Assembly: GCA_002633005.1 (NCBI GenBank)
Contig: NMRA01000152.1
Coordinates: 360,594-424,593 of the forward strand
Length of the DNA: 64,000 nucleotides
Source of the DNA: Phoronis australis
Lineage: Eukaryota > Animalia > Phoronida
Direction of reading: 5' to 3'
In this document: piece after piece, positions 53,907-64,000 of the stretch
Numbering within the stretch: the stretch's first letter is position 1
Layout of the letters: each line of letters opens with the position of its first letter
Program-made: the position numbers and the translations under genes
Notes under the pieces: generated by a model
What the model was told of the DNA's origin: nothing
Database searches by the model: none
The model's input: only the letters and a program-made list of their open reading frames with translations

Positions 53907-53956
53907 TTACATTGCCCATGCTTGAAGCTCTTTTAAATCTGTATCTTCCTCCACAG
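53907..53956 (-). CDS. CHMP4B: CHMP4 coding exon 5 (C-terminal helix, stop)
   Basis: Acceptor cattttctAG; (A)VEEDTDLKELQAWAM-TAA, matching the CHMP4 C-terminal L/MxxLxxW ALIX-binding helix. Confidence 0.92.
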
Positions 53957-56900
53957 CTAGAAAATGAAAGGCAAAAACTTATCATTGAATCCATATAACG
54001 AACAAAAACACTTTCATAATATCCTAATATCCAAAAACATTTATGGTTCATATATACATCATAGTTGTGGTTCTAAAGGTTTTTATTAGCGCCAAAAATA
54101 GGCCACTAGATGGTTTAGAGTTTGTTGCACCCGTCCGAAAATCATATTTCACAAAGATCCTGTTATGGGTTTAGGAGATTCTGTTGTGGATTCAAAAACA
54201 CAATTGTCACTAGGAGGTGACAGCAGACGGACCATTCTGATAATCAACATCAGAAACAAAGCTACCAGTTTTCATAATCATCCTTAGACCGTTTGGCAGA
54301 TAAAGAGGCGGACACTACAAACAAACTGAAAAATAAGGAGTGCATAGTCTGTTGAATACATTCAAAATTGGAAACGTGTTGACGTCATTTCGATAGAAAC
54401 GTATTTGTCAAATTTTGTTAAAATCCGTCGAGGAAATGCCGCAAACAGACAAATGTAAAAAATTGTCACTAGGGGGCACACCAGTATTTGGATCAGTCCG
54501 AAGATCACCATCATCTGTCGTCGGCTTTTCATGAAGATCCTGCAAGTCGTTTGCAAGATCTAGCAGTGGATGCTGGATGCTCCAATACAAATGACGGAAA
54601 TATGCACTCACATACGGATCTGTGGAAGCATGAGAACTAAAATTGCCACTAGAAAGTACAACAGTAATCAAATTGGTCCGAAACTTTTCATAGGAACAAA
54701 TATGCTAAATCTCATTAATACACTGCAAGGGGTTTAGAAGATACAGCAGGGGATGCCCAAACAGATATGAACAGCAATATGCATACACATAATTATGTAC
54801 AATAATTTTCAAAATAAACTGGGTAAGGTCAAAACTCAACAAAGCAACTAAATATCCACTTCTTATGGACAACAATGCGTTTTAATTCTGTCTAAATCAT
54901 GACAAAGTCTCGTCAGGAGCTGTTCCATGCATATTGAAATCATATTTGTCCATTCGTTACTAAAACATTAAACTCCGACAATAGCTCGAAAGAAATGCTA
55001 TTCTGTTTAAAGTTCAACCAAACTGCCCGAGTTCTGTCAAAGTTTATCTAGTCTATTTTAGAAACTGGAGTGCATAAAAACTTTCAGATTCAGTTCACAA
55101 CCGGTTTCAGCTAATTTTCATAGGTGAGCAAGGCACAGAATGAGTAACATCAATTGACCAATCAAAAAGAGGAAGACTAACATGCAAATTACCTTATACA
55201 GTGGTACTTAGGATATATCTTATTGCTCAGTCCTTAATCATTCAAACTTCGAGGATTTCGCAACACTTGAAAACAACCATAAAGGTATTTTTGATTTATA
55301 ACTGATTTTTAAGAGAAAGAAATACTCTGGAAAATAGTAACAGTTGCCAGCCCTGGGAAAGACACACAATTACAGCTACTTGGATGTACCTACGGAGAAT
55401 ATGGTTGAAATGATTTTAGCGGCTCGTGATTGGTCAAAACTTGCAAATGGAGATTAGACTGTCTGGCTAAGTGGTTTGAGCCTTGGATTCCCGTTTGGTT
55501 GGGAGACCCAGGTTCCAATCCTGGCTTTACTGGCAGACAACCAAGCGTTGCAAACGGGTGTCTCCCACTCTTCTGAGCTCGGTCTTACTGGTAAATGTAT
55601 GCAAGAGACTGAATGAGAACCTGGATATAATGCGAAACCTATTTCTGGGGCTGTGCTCATATTTAAAAATGACGATCCGCGTTCATTCATATTAAAAGAA
55701 TATCTCACCTCTCCTCGACTCCTGCACCACAGGTTCACTGGGTACACTAGGCAGCTCTGCCTGTCCTGGCATATTCAACAACTGTTTGTCTAATTCTTCT
55801 TGTTCTAGTTCCTCCAACTCTGCATTCAACTCGTCCTGAAAGCACAGTTATGGTACATACACTATATTTACACCATCACTTGGAGGAGGAGGAGAACACT
55901 GATGATCAACCGTATTTTAATTTCAAAATGAAAATGAACAACAAAAAGCTTAAAAATAGAGATATCGACATTATTAAACACTAGAGTTACAAACTGCTGG
56001 ATTTTTTGTTAAACAATCACGCAGCGCCATCTAAAATTCACGTGTCATGCTAATAAGCAAAGAGATGTAACAGAGTTTTTCTTTTAATTCTTCGCAGACA
56101 TCAAACTACCACTTCTTTTGCAGAGCGATGGTGAATGGACAATGCCAAAGTCTCAAAATATCTGGATGATTTGTTGACTTGCCTCAAACGTGCCAAGTCA
56201 GAACGAAGCAGATGTTGTTCAAATGCTCTCATTCTACAAAACAGTTGTACGTCACATGCCTGTCTGTAATTCTTAATGAAACGTATCGCCATTCATTTTT
56301 TGACTCGAGGTGTCTATCTGCCCTTCTACATACCTCATCAATGTCATGACCGAATCCAACAGGGTTTGCAATTACATCAGAGATCTCAGTGGCTAGTTGA
56401 TTCTGTTCTTCAATATCATCCATTAAGTCATGTACATCGTCAATATTCCTGTTAAAGCAAAACGTGACGTAAAACTGACCAGATGACTTAATAAACCAAC
56501 AAAGAATAAGACACACCAGTGCCAGGTAACACCCTCCAAAATTTACAGTGGTCTGCATAAGGAAGAAACAGTAAACACCAAAAGTTATGAAACTAGACAA
56601 AACAACCTGGAATTCCAAGTGACAATTGCAGAGTACACATGGAATTCATTGTTATCTGTGAGTTGTGACAAGGAATGGTTTGGAAAATTAATAAGCTTGG
56701 AATGATTAAGTGAAGGGATTACAGTAGGAATGATGAGTCTTGATATTTCATAACGTCACTTTTTATTTTTGCTGCAACTGCAATTAGTTGTCATGACAAT
56801 AGAACAGTCTAATGCCGCAATAATTTTCTTGCACTGTACCTTCATTGACCTTGCAGACTGGGAAGAAACCAAATATTGATTCCATACATTACGTTGCATG

Positions 56901-58894
56901 AGCTTTTAGTTTAGTAACTTGTTTGGCACATTTTCATGCATTCGTTTATGTGGCATTTGACTGCCAGTAAAACCCATCCAACATAACCGAGCACTTACAT
57001 GTTGTTGTGGGCTGCCTTGAGAGACTTGGCCGCAGTATTCATCACCTTCAGCACCTCTGTGTTCGTGCTAGCATTCTCCAGAGCCTCTCTTTGGTACTCT
57101 ATAGTTGTCATTGTACCATCAATCTGATTTAGCTGCTTCTCAAAGCGTTTCTTCCTCTTTAGAGCTTGCAAGGCAGCTGCAAGAGGAATGAAAGCTTGAA
57201 GTCATTCGTGAGCAAAATACAGGATGACACAACTGTTGGAGTAATGTCACGGGAAGGCAGCGCAGATGAAGGAACCTGTTTATGGAGTGACGAGACTCTA
57301 GTGTTTGGCCCCTCCGAGATTTGTAATTATACCACAAAATCGCTAATACCAAAGCCTGCACAGCAGACAGACTGCTTTTATATCTGAGATATGCTGGGGC
57401 CATCTGTAGTATGCATAAATAATTTCACCGATTGCCTTGTGGCTAACTGGTTAATATCCTAGTTTCTCAAGTCAGGGACATGCATTAGGCTCTTGGCTTG
57501 ACTTTACAAGGTTTACCACAAGTGCATCCAAAAAATAGAGAGTACAAATCCTTAGAATGCAAATTAGAGGAAAGAAGGTCATCTTGTCAATCAATTCAGA
57601 TTTCCAGGTAACATATCAACAGAAATTTTCAGGCAACCCTTCACAATTCTCACAAGATCAGTAGGACTATGAAGAAAATTCAAAATGTCTGGCACATTTT
57701 AGTAAATTTCAGTATTCTCAGTTCACTAGGCCTTTGGCCTATTTCTCTTAGGTCCACTAGTGAGGTCGCTGGACTCCCACATGGTAAATCAGGGTTCAAA
57801 TTTAAGTTCAGACAAAACATAATAACATGAGCTATTTACGTCTGACAAACTCAGCTAAGGGAGAGATGTGCAAAATTGGAAAGGTTCACATCTGTGCTAC
57901 CTTCTCTCAGCAGTGCCAACCAACATGTTCTCTGCATACTGGTTGGTGCTGAGGTTGAACACATTGAAACTAATAGAGAACAACAGCTATTTGGCCAGCG
58001 AACACAGAGAAAAAAGTGATACCTGGAGCATTTCTCAGAGTTGGAAAACGGAAAAATATCAACAGCCTGCAAGCAGCAGGGAACAAAACTTTCAGAGATG
58101 TATGCAAGTGCTACAAAAAGTACTTGCAGTTGTGTCATGGGTGTTGATAAATACGTCTGAACTCTTCACCAGCATGCAAGTGCTCTTTGGTTGACCAGTT
58201 CAGACACAAGAATCGCAACACCCAGGAAACCCAGGTTCTATTTCAGGCTTTACAGTTTTCAAGAATGGCACCCATCAAAGATACGGCCCATTTGCAGCAG
58301 ATGTGAGTAAATTTTTCAAAGGCATTTATGATTTATGAACTTTGAAAATTATTGCAAATTAATCCATCTCTAATCATAATGTAATATATTCGGTGGATAA
58401 AACTGGTTCTGTCTACATCAAGAACCACCAGGGATTAAGCAATGTGACGACACTATAGGGGGACCTTTCAAAATAATGTCAAAAGTCAATAACAGTAGTC
58501 CCAGATTTTGAGAACCGGTTTCAGACCAGTTATTCAATGAAGAAAACTAGGGTCGAGTTCCATAGTCAATAGACGTAGGAATCTAGAAAAGTAATCTGAG
58601 AGTTCACGGGCCTTGCTAAAAATGCATGGTGATAAATCGCAGTCTTGCGTGATCTTACACTTTCACGAGTTTCTTTCGCCTACGACAAGCACGCAAGAAA
58701 AGTACCGCACCTCTCTTATTTTTTGTTCCGTGCTTTTTGGCAGTTGCCAGCTCAGATTCGACTTTCTTTTCAAGGAAGTCTGACTTTTTCTGCAACATTT
58801 CTTCAATATCCCTTAGTCTCTGTATGGCTTCCTGAGGCGATGGAGCCTTCTCCATTTTCTTCCCACCGCCAAATAATGTTTTTAAAAGAGACAT
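53907..58894 (-). CDS. CHMP4B: Charged multivesicular body protein 4 (ESCRT-III Snf7/Shrub), spliced CDS join(58894-58711,57176-56999,56448-56334,55835-55709,53956-53907), 217 aa
   Basis: Five exons of 184+178+115+127+50 = 654 nt, all introns GT-AG with consistent phases. Translation runs MSLLKTLFGGGKK...PSPQEAIQRLRDIEEMLQKKSDFLEKK...KHGTKNKRAALQALKRKKRFEKQLNQIDGTMTTIEYQREALENASTNTEVLK...NPVGFGHDIDEDELNAELEELEQEELDKQLL...LKELQAWAM*, a clear Snf7 family sequence. The symbol is by similarity; an invertebrate gene would be co-orthologous to CHMP4A/B/C. Confidence 0.96.
55460..55526 (+). mobile_element. tRNA-derived SINE head or tRNA pseudogene in CHMP4 intron 4
   Basis: A box TGGCTAAGTGG (55464-55474) and T-arm CCAGG-TTCCAAT-CCTGG (55508-55524); no intact acceptor stem. 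Confidence 0.5.
55709..55835 (-). CDS. CHMP4B: CHMP4 coding exon 4
   Basis: Acceptor ctttcAG; DELNAELEELEQEELDKQLLNMPGQAELPSVPSEPVVQESRR; donor G|GTGAGA. Confidence 0.93.
56334..56448 (-). CDS. CHMP4B: CHMP4 coding exon 3
   Basis: Acceptor tttaacAG; NIDDVHDLMDDIEEQNQLATEISDVIANPVGFGHDIDE; donor GAG|GTATGT. Confidence 0.95.
56999..57176 (-). CDS. CHMP4B: CHMP4 coding exon 2
   Basis: Acceptor cctcttgcAG; (A)ALQALKRKKRFEKQLNQIDG...AAHNN(M); donor AT|GTAAGT. Confidence 0.95.
58711..58894 (-). CDS. CHMP4B: CHMP4 coding exon 1
   Basis: ATG at 58894; MSLLKTLFGG...KHGTKNKR; phase-1 donor AGA G|GTGCGG. Confidence 0.95.
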
Positions 58895-59174
58895 TTTTGT
58901 GATGTAAATCTTACGACTTCACATCGAGCAAAATCCTTCCCAAAATAAAGCGCAATAAATATAACCAGAATACGTTTTTCAGAAAGCTGCTATATAATGC
59001 TTCTAGAACAAAAAATAGCACACGAATAGATTTATTTCTAATTAATTATAACTATAATATATTATTTATGAAAAACAATATTGTGAAGTAGAACATCAGA
59101 ACTTTATAACAAATAATTATAATTGTTATTGTGGTGCATAAATCCTGGTGCCGAAATTGAGAACTAAAACATAC

Positions 59175-59187
59175 CCGGAAGTAAACA
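59175..59187 (+). promoter_or_regulatory. ETS/GABP site overlapping a forkhead site, putative CHMP4 promoter
   Basis: CCGGAAGTAAACA lies about 280 bp upstream of the CHMP4 ATG. CCGGAAGT is a common metazoan housekeeping-promoter motif. Confidence 0.45.
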
Positions 59188-59288
59188 AAAGTCATGTGAG
59201 GAAAAGTCATTTGTCTGCTAACTATTTGCCTGCTAGCACTGCAGCTCAGCGTGTCGTTATCAGCGAAGTGTCCGAATAATAGTCGACA

Positions 59289-59325
59289 ACCCCCCCCCCC
59301 CCACACACACACACACACACACCCC
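59289..59325. repeat. poly-C / (CA)n microsatellite
   Basis: Direct reading. Confidence 0.85.
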
Positions 59326-59483
59326 AAAAAAGCATCGAGTTTACTAGGAACAGAAAAACATTTTACGCATAGTAATTCAATATTTAGTAAAAGAGATTTT
59401 AAAAACTTGTGATTCATCACTATAACATGGTGGAAAATTAATGTACATCACTGCCATGTTGAACTTGAATCGGTTTGGACTTC

Positions 59484-60400
59484 ACGCGAGCATCTTACTG
59501 TATCAAGAATTACAACTGTGGAACCGTAGGAAGCGGGGGACACGTGTCCCCCAAACTGTGAGGGCTCTGGCCAGGATATTGTTGTTATAGGCCTGGTCCC
59601 TGAGTCGCCGCCAGTGCCGCGAGTACTAGGTCGTTTGGAAGTCAAATTGGTATGTGCACCCCCCGCATATTTTTTATAATTTTTGCCTTCCTACGGGCCT
59701 GCAATGCGAGCATCTACTGTAATGACTCTATAACACGAGCACCTTTTAATCTCAGAGTTGTTTTCATGCGACCACTTAATTATTGTATCGGGAATTACCA
59801 TGCGAGCACACTCTGAGGCCCGGCCGCCAGAGGGTCTAAGTGTACCTCTCATAAACGCGATTACTGACCGCTGTACAGAGGGCCGTTTAATGCGAACCCC
59901 GTAGATCGTCGGGAATTAACTTGCGAACACTTTACAGTTCTGGAGTGGGTCTCATGTCGCGAGCACCGTACACTCTGAGGATCTGTTAACGCGAACGCCA
60001 TACAGTAAAGGCGAGCACTTTCAAGGCTTGGAATGACCAATGACAAAAAAGGAAAATTTTCCAGGTGACGTATCGTTTCACAATAGCCTTATGGGATGGT
60101 AATATTTTTTGTGTTAAAAATGAACACGGCCATTTTTGCATGAAAAAGTAAAAATAATGATAAAAAAGAGACAAAAGAGAGGAAATTGGAGATCGAAACC
60201 GATCCTCTCAGTAGAAAATTCCAAGCCCTCGGCTGTACTAACGCGAGCACCTTACTGTACTGAGTCTCGTAACTGGCGAGCACCTTTTAACGCGAGCACC
60301 GTATCGCGGGTCTCAAATACGAGCACCTTATCGCGGGTCTCAAAATGGGGGAGCACCTTATACTCTGCTTAACATGGCTTTCAAGGCGAGCGCCTTATGA
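59484..60400. repeat. Degenerate minisatellite with conserved (C)GCGAGCAC core
   Basis: About 17 core-like motifs, mostly spaced 30-35 bp apart, interrupted by a MITE and an AT-rich block (about 60030-60230). Confidence 0.7.
59516..59701. mobile_element. hAT-like MITE upstream of CHMP4
   Basis: CCGTAGGAAG ... CTTCCTACGGGCCTG inverted ends; the left terminus is degenerate. Confidence 0.5.
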
Positions 60401-60699
60401 CTGTGCTGAATCTCACAGGCCCGTAGCCCGCATCTCCCGGGGTGTTTGGTTTGAATTTCTATAACGTGGACCGTTGATATTTTGCAAACCTCGACACTGT
60501 AGAATTCTCGATAAGGCCCGGCCTTGACGCAGCTTAATTAGAGGAGAGGGAAGTTTATATACACAACGATAACTCTCAGCTCTATATTTCAAGATGGAAT
60601 TCGCAGTAAATGAGAATGCCGTGATGGTTGCTCGCAAAGAACGGGACTCAACTAGAATTCGGATGTAATATGGTCCAGAAGGAGAATGTTCTCGTTTTA

Positions 60700-60904
60700 C
60701 ATCCTGCCCCATCTCCATTTGGCGAAGTGGGCAAAAAGGTCCGCCTCAGAGAAACGAAAAGTTCGAGAAAACGAGACAAAAGTCAGGCAAGAATTCAACG
60801 AATGCACAACTGAGAGCTCTGAACGTATTCTTTTTTTAGTAAAAGATCCACATTCTCAGAAATTCGAGCTCTCCTATAGTTGATTTAGGCAGGGTGCGCG
60901 CATG
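60700..60904 (+). mobile_element. MITE family A, copy 3 (left end lost)
   Basis: Colinear with about 10910-11121; ends GGGTGCGCGCATG. Confidence 0.65.
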
Positions 60905-61058
60905 GTATACCTGTTGCTAAGAAACAAGCCAGAAATTAAAAAAAAAAAAAAAATTTCTGTTGTTGGTGTTGTACGTAATGATTGCCGAAAAGACCGTTTC
61001 CGCCGTTGGTGTTTTTACTAGTGCGATAAAAAGTCCGCGGAGAGCCGCCTTTTCAGGT

Positions 61059-61260
61059 ATGAAAAGCTGCGTTTGTGGGGGCTGTAGTAACAGCAACTTG
61101 ACTGAGAACATTTCAGAGTTCAAATTTCGTGAATACGTGAAAGTTTCACAGAAATTGCATCGGTTTGTGCGCCGCACGAGAGTGGGAAAATGCAATTCAG
61201 TCGGAATCCACATTTAATTTGCTCAGCACATTTCAAGAAATCGTATTTCGACCAAACACA
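61059..61260 (+). pseudogene. Decayed THAP domain (transposase N-terminus, Kolobok/P-type)
   Basis: MKSCVCGGCSNSNLTENISEFKFRE...QKLHRFVRRTR /frameshift/ HLICSAHFKKSYFDQ. The C2CH ligands are present, but the conserved Pro and Trp are substituted (CGT, TTG) and there is a frameshift. Confidence 0.7.
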
Positions 61261-62504
61261 AAATCGGCGTTTAGATGGCGGAATCTCCACCTTGTAAGTG
61301 TATTTTCAAATTGTATAAATAACCAAGTGTCTGCTTCCACTCCAGGGCGAGTGATATGCAACGCCCCGACCCAGATCGGTGCTGCGAAACGTAGGCTTGT
61401 GCATTGTGTTTAGGCTCATTCCATCACCAAACGTTCACTAGGCCTACTCCGAAAATATCTAAAAAGATTATCAATTTGTCACGGAAGGTCACGACATCCA
61501 TAACTCCACACTTAGGCCTATTCGTAACCTTCTGTGATAAACTGGCAATGGCCGTCCGCATCAGTAACTCGTCGGATAATTCTGTACCGACTCGCGTTGA
61601 GCACATTGACAGTATGCAGAGAATTTGTTGCGAAATCACTGAAAGTGCTATCAGAAGAAAGAACAGATGCTCATGGTTTGTTAAACCCCTGTTTTGTGTA
61701 AATCTATTGAGTTTTGTGTTTGGTATGGACGGCTGAAGTGAAGCAGCCGTGGAATTCCTTGCGTTGTAGTGTATATATAGTGTATTGGGGACGATCAGAG
61801 GCTGAGGATGCCTGTGGTCTTAATTAGTCTTGAGCCAGTGGCGGATCTACGTTTTCAGTAAGGTGGAGGTTCAGAATTCGCGGCTACGCGCGAATCAGAT
61901 GCGCGTAGCGCCGAGAGGATGTAAGAGACTGTTTTTGTAGCCAAAAAGTGAAATTTAGCATCCATTCATCCTGGAGACAAGAGTTTGTAGCATTTAACGA
62001 GTCTTTGGAGATTTTTAAGGTGGCTTAAAATAGTTGTCGATTTCGTCTCCTGAATTACTCAGCTCATAAGTTCCGTAAAACCATACTTAGCCGGTGCACA
62101 TCCAGGTATGAGTCACACCACCAGCAAAATTTTAGTTGGAACATTTGACTCACCGATTTGTACTGGCATACGAAAAGTCGTATACGAAGAAGTGTAGTGC
62201 GTATACAGGGGTTCAAAAGCGCACGGAGAACCGACGGCCACGTAAAAACCAACACTTGAATATCACTGATCGCCTGACTGCAACCTCTATTTGTTTCAGA
62301 ACGAAGCTTAGTGACCGGCACTGTGCGGCCCGGAAAAAACAGATGTAACTGTATTTGGTTATGAGAAAAATGACGAACGATGATGATCTCAGCTCATAGT
62401 CTATTATTAAAAGAGGCAATTAACACTTAAGTGTCACTTTATGAAGCTGAATCACGTTCATGACTGTTGGGCTACCGTATGTCGCAACAATTGAAAAAAC
62501 TCCT

Positions 62505-62632
62505 TAAATAAAACAAGAAGAATGGATCAACTGAAATTTGAAATTTTCGGATGTAATAACTTCTTTTGTTGAGGAAGTTATTACATCCGAAAATTTCAAA
62601 TTTCAGTTGATCCATTCTTGTTGTTTTATTTA
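62505..62632. repeat. Near-perfect inverted repeat (59-bp arms, 10-nt loop)
   Basis: 62505-62563 is the reverse complement of 62574-62632 with one mismatch. Confidence 0.95.
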
Positions 62633-62831
62633 CCGATTTATATTCTACATTTCGTGAAACAATAGTATCCTTGGGAGGATCTGGATCGCCTTATTTAGTT
62701 TCAGATTTATTTTCTACGTTGAAAAAATCGTCAAATGTATCAGTAAACAAATCATCTGAAAACATTTTCACGGAACCAAAACATACTGTACTTCGTGGTT
62801 ACTGAAAAGATCTACAAGACCAGTTCGCCGA

Positions 62832-62895
62832 GGGACTAGATGTACAATGAGAGTCTGAGAGTCGGGACTAGATGTACAATGAGAGTCTGAGAGTC
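62832..62895. repeat. Perfect 32-bp tandem duplication
   Basis: GGGACTAGATGTACAATGAGAGTCTGAGAGTC x2. Confidence 0.92.
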
Positions 62896-64000
62896 AATAT
62901 CTACATAAATATGCTGGCCTGGTCCGTCGCGAGACGAATTAAAAACTATTCCCAATACACTTTTTGGTCCCCAGTGGTCGTTTATATGTGTATTTTCCGC
63001 ATCTTGCTGTTACTCAGTGGCAAAACTTGGCGCACTTTCAGTCAAACAAAACTTGCAGAACACTTGCCTTGGATTGCTCTGGATAAGGCGCTTGACGACC
63101 AACGACGAGTCCAATCTTTTCGCTGTTGGTAACATGAGTGATAACCCAAGAAACATTTCCTTAGACATAATGACCCTCAAATGTGTCTTCACACGCCTGA
63201 GCATAGAAAAATGAACTCTATCAATGTCAGCTTTCTAGCGTTTGTGAAGATGTAGGCCTAGCCGCATCTGCGTGCTTGAGAAAGGACCGCCAGCGTCAGA
63301 ATTCTCGCTGAAATGAGAGCAAACGATATGCTTTTTATGTTTATTCTATAACATAGAGCAAAATGTGCCGATAGTCAGAAGGGAGTCAGTCACATTCAGT
63401 GAATCTGTTGATGTCCCAGAAATGCATCCAATCCTCACGTGAGCCTATAAGTCTGCATCACTCATCCTGCTAACCACAGGGACATGGCAGCTTCCACCTG
63501 CCCGTTGTCTTTCGAAAACCTGGTGATCAACTGCTGTGAGAGGTTGTCTAGGAAGAGCATTCCCACTGTACTGCTGTAGTGTACTAACTGGAACAAGCAA
63601 GTATTGAATAAACGTCCCATGCCTGAACACTTGAAACTCGAAGCTGTAATACTAATGCGCGTTTCACTCTGGTGGGCCTTTCTGCGCAACTACAGAAGAC
63701 GGCAGTGATGCTTAATTATTACAGTTAGTGTGACGGTCAGAACCAGGGCTCGTGAGGCCTATTGAACACTACGCGAGTTCCGCAATACTGCTGAGAAAGT
63801 ACAACCTTCCCGCAATTTCTGGTATTGTGCACTGTTCGCGCGAACATGATGCTGTGAGTGTCCCCGGGTTCATTCCGTGTTAGGGCGTATCTGGAAATGC
63901 ATATTATTTTGTATACGTGCCCTTTTTAAGGTACAAATGCATAGGATCCTTTTATCCGGAAACAAAGGAAATGTGATACAATCATTTACGTTTGCAAACG

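Larger units (their letters stand above)
61836..63600 (-). mobile_element. Degenerate hAT-like transposon remnant
   Basis: CAGTGGCGGATCTA hAT-type terminus at 61836. Minus-strand fragments include MLFLDNLSQQLITRFS (about 63515-63565), resembling the 'PFLD..I..L..RF' segment of ZMYM1/THAP12-type hAT transposases, plus TVPVT and LDVHR near the terminus. The other end was not found. Confidence 0.4.

Noticed and set aside
59484-60400. CRISPR-like repeat-spacer array
   Set aside because: The core is only ~8-10 bp and variable, spacing is irregular, and the linkers are related to each other.
63010-63204. VFCKFC as a transposase zinc finger
   Set aside because: Its position conflicts with the order of the neighbouring hAT C-terminal fragments, and the rest of the ORF does not fit.

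Overview
Eukaryotic (metazoan, probably marine invertebrate) genomic DNA: AT-rich, gene-poor, with GT-AG introns. There is no prokaryotic operon, rRNA, intact tRNA or CRISPR array. Two host genes are recognisable, both on the minus strand. One is a complete five-exon ESCRT-III CHMP4/Snf7 gene (58894->53907, 217 aa). The other is a large N-terminal coding exon of an RGK-family (Rad/Gem/Rem) GTPase (8484->7737), whose remaining exons appear to lie left of the window. The rest is intronic or intergenic and full of transposon debris: an IS3EU-like element nested in the terminal repeat of a sister copy, a Kolobok-like element with a decayed THAP domain, a second THAP remnant, a hAT remnant, CR1/L2-type LINE fragments, MITEs, tRNA-derived SINE heads and tandem repeats. 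The most notable items are the self-nested transposon with two perfect 6-bp TSDs, a 6 x 103-bp hairpin-forming tandem array, an array of conserved GCGAGCAC cores upstream of CHMP4, and two near-perfect palindromes. I cannot show a new biological system from sequence alone. Family assignments rest on recalled motifs, not database searches.
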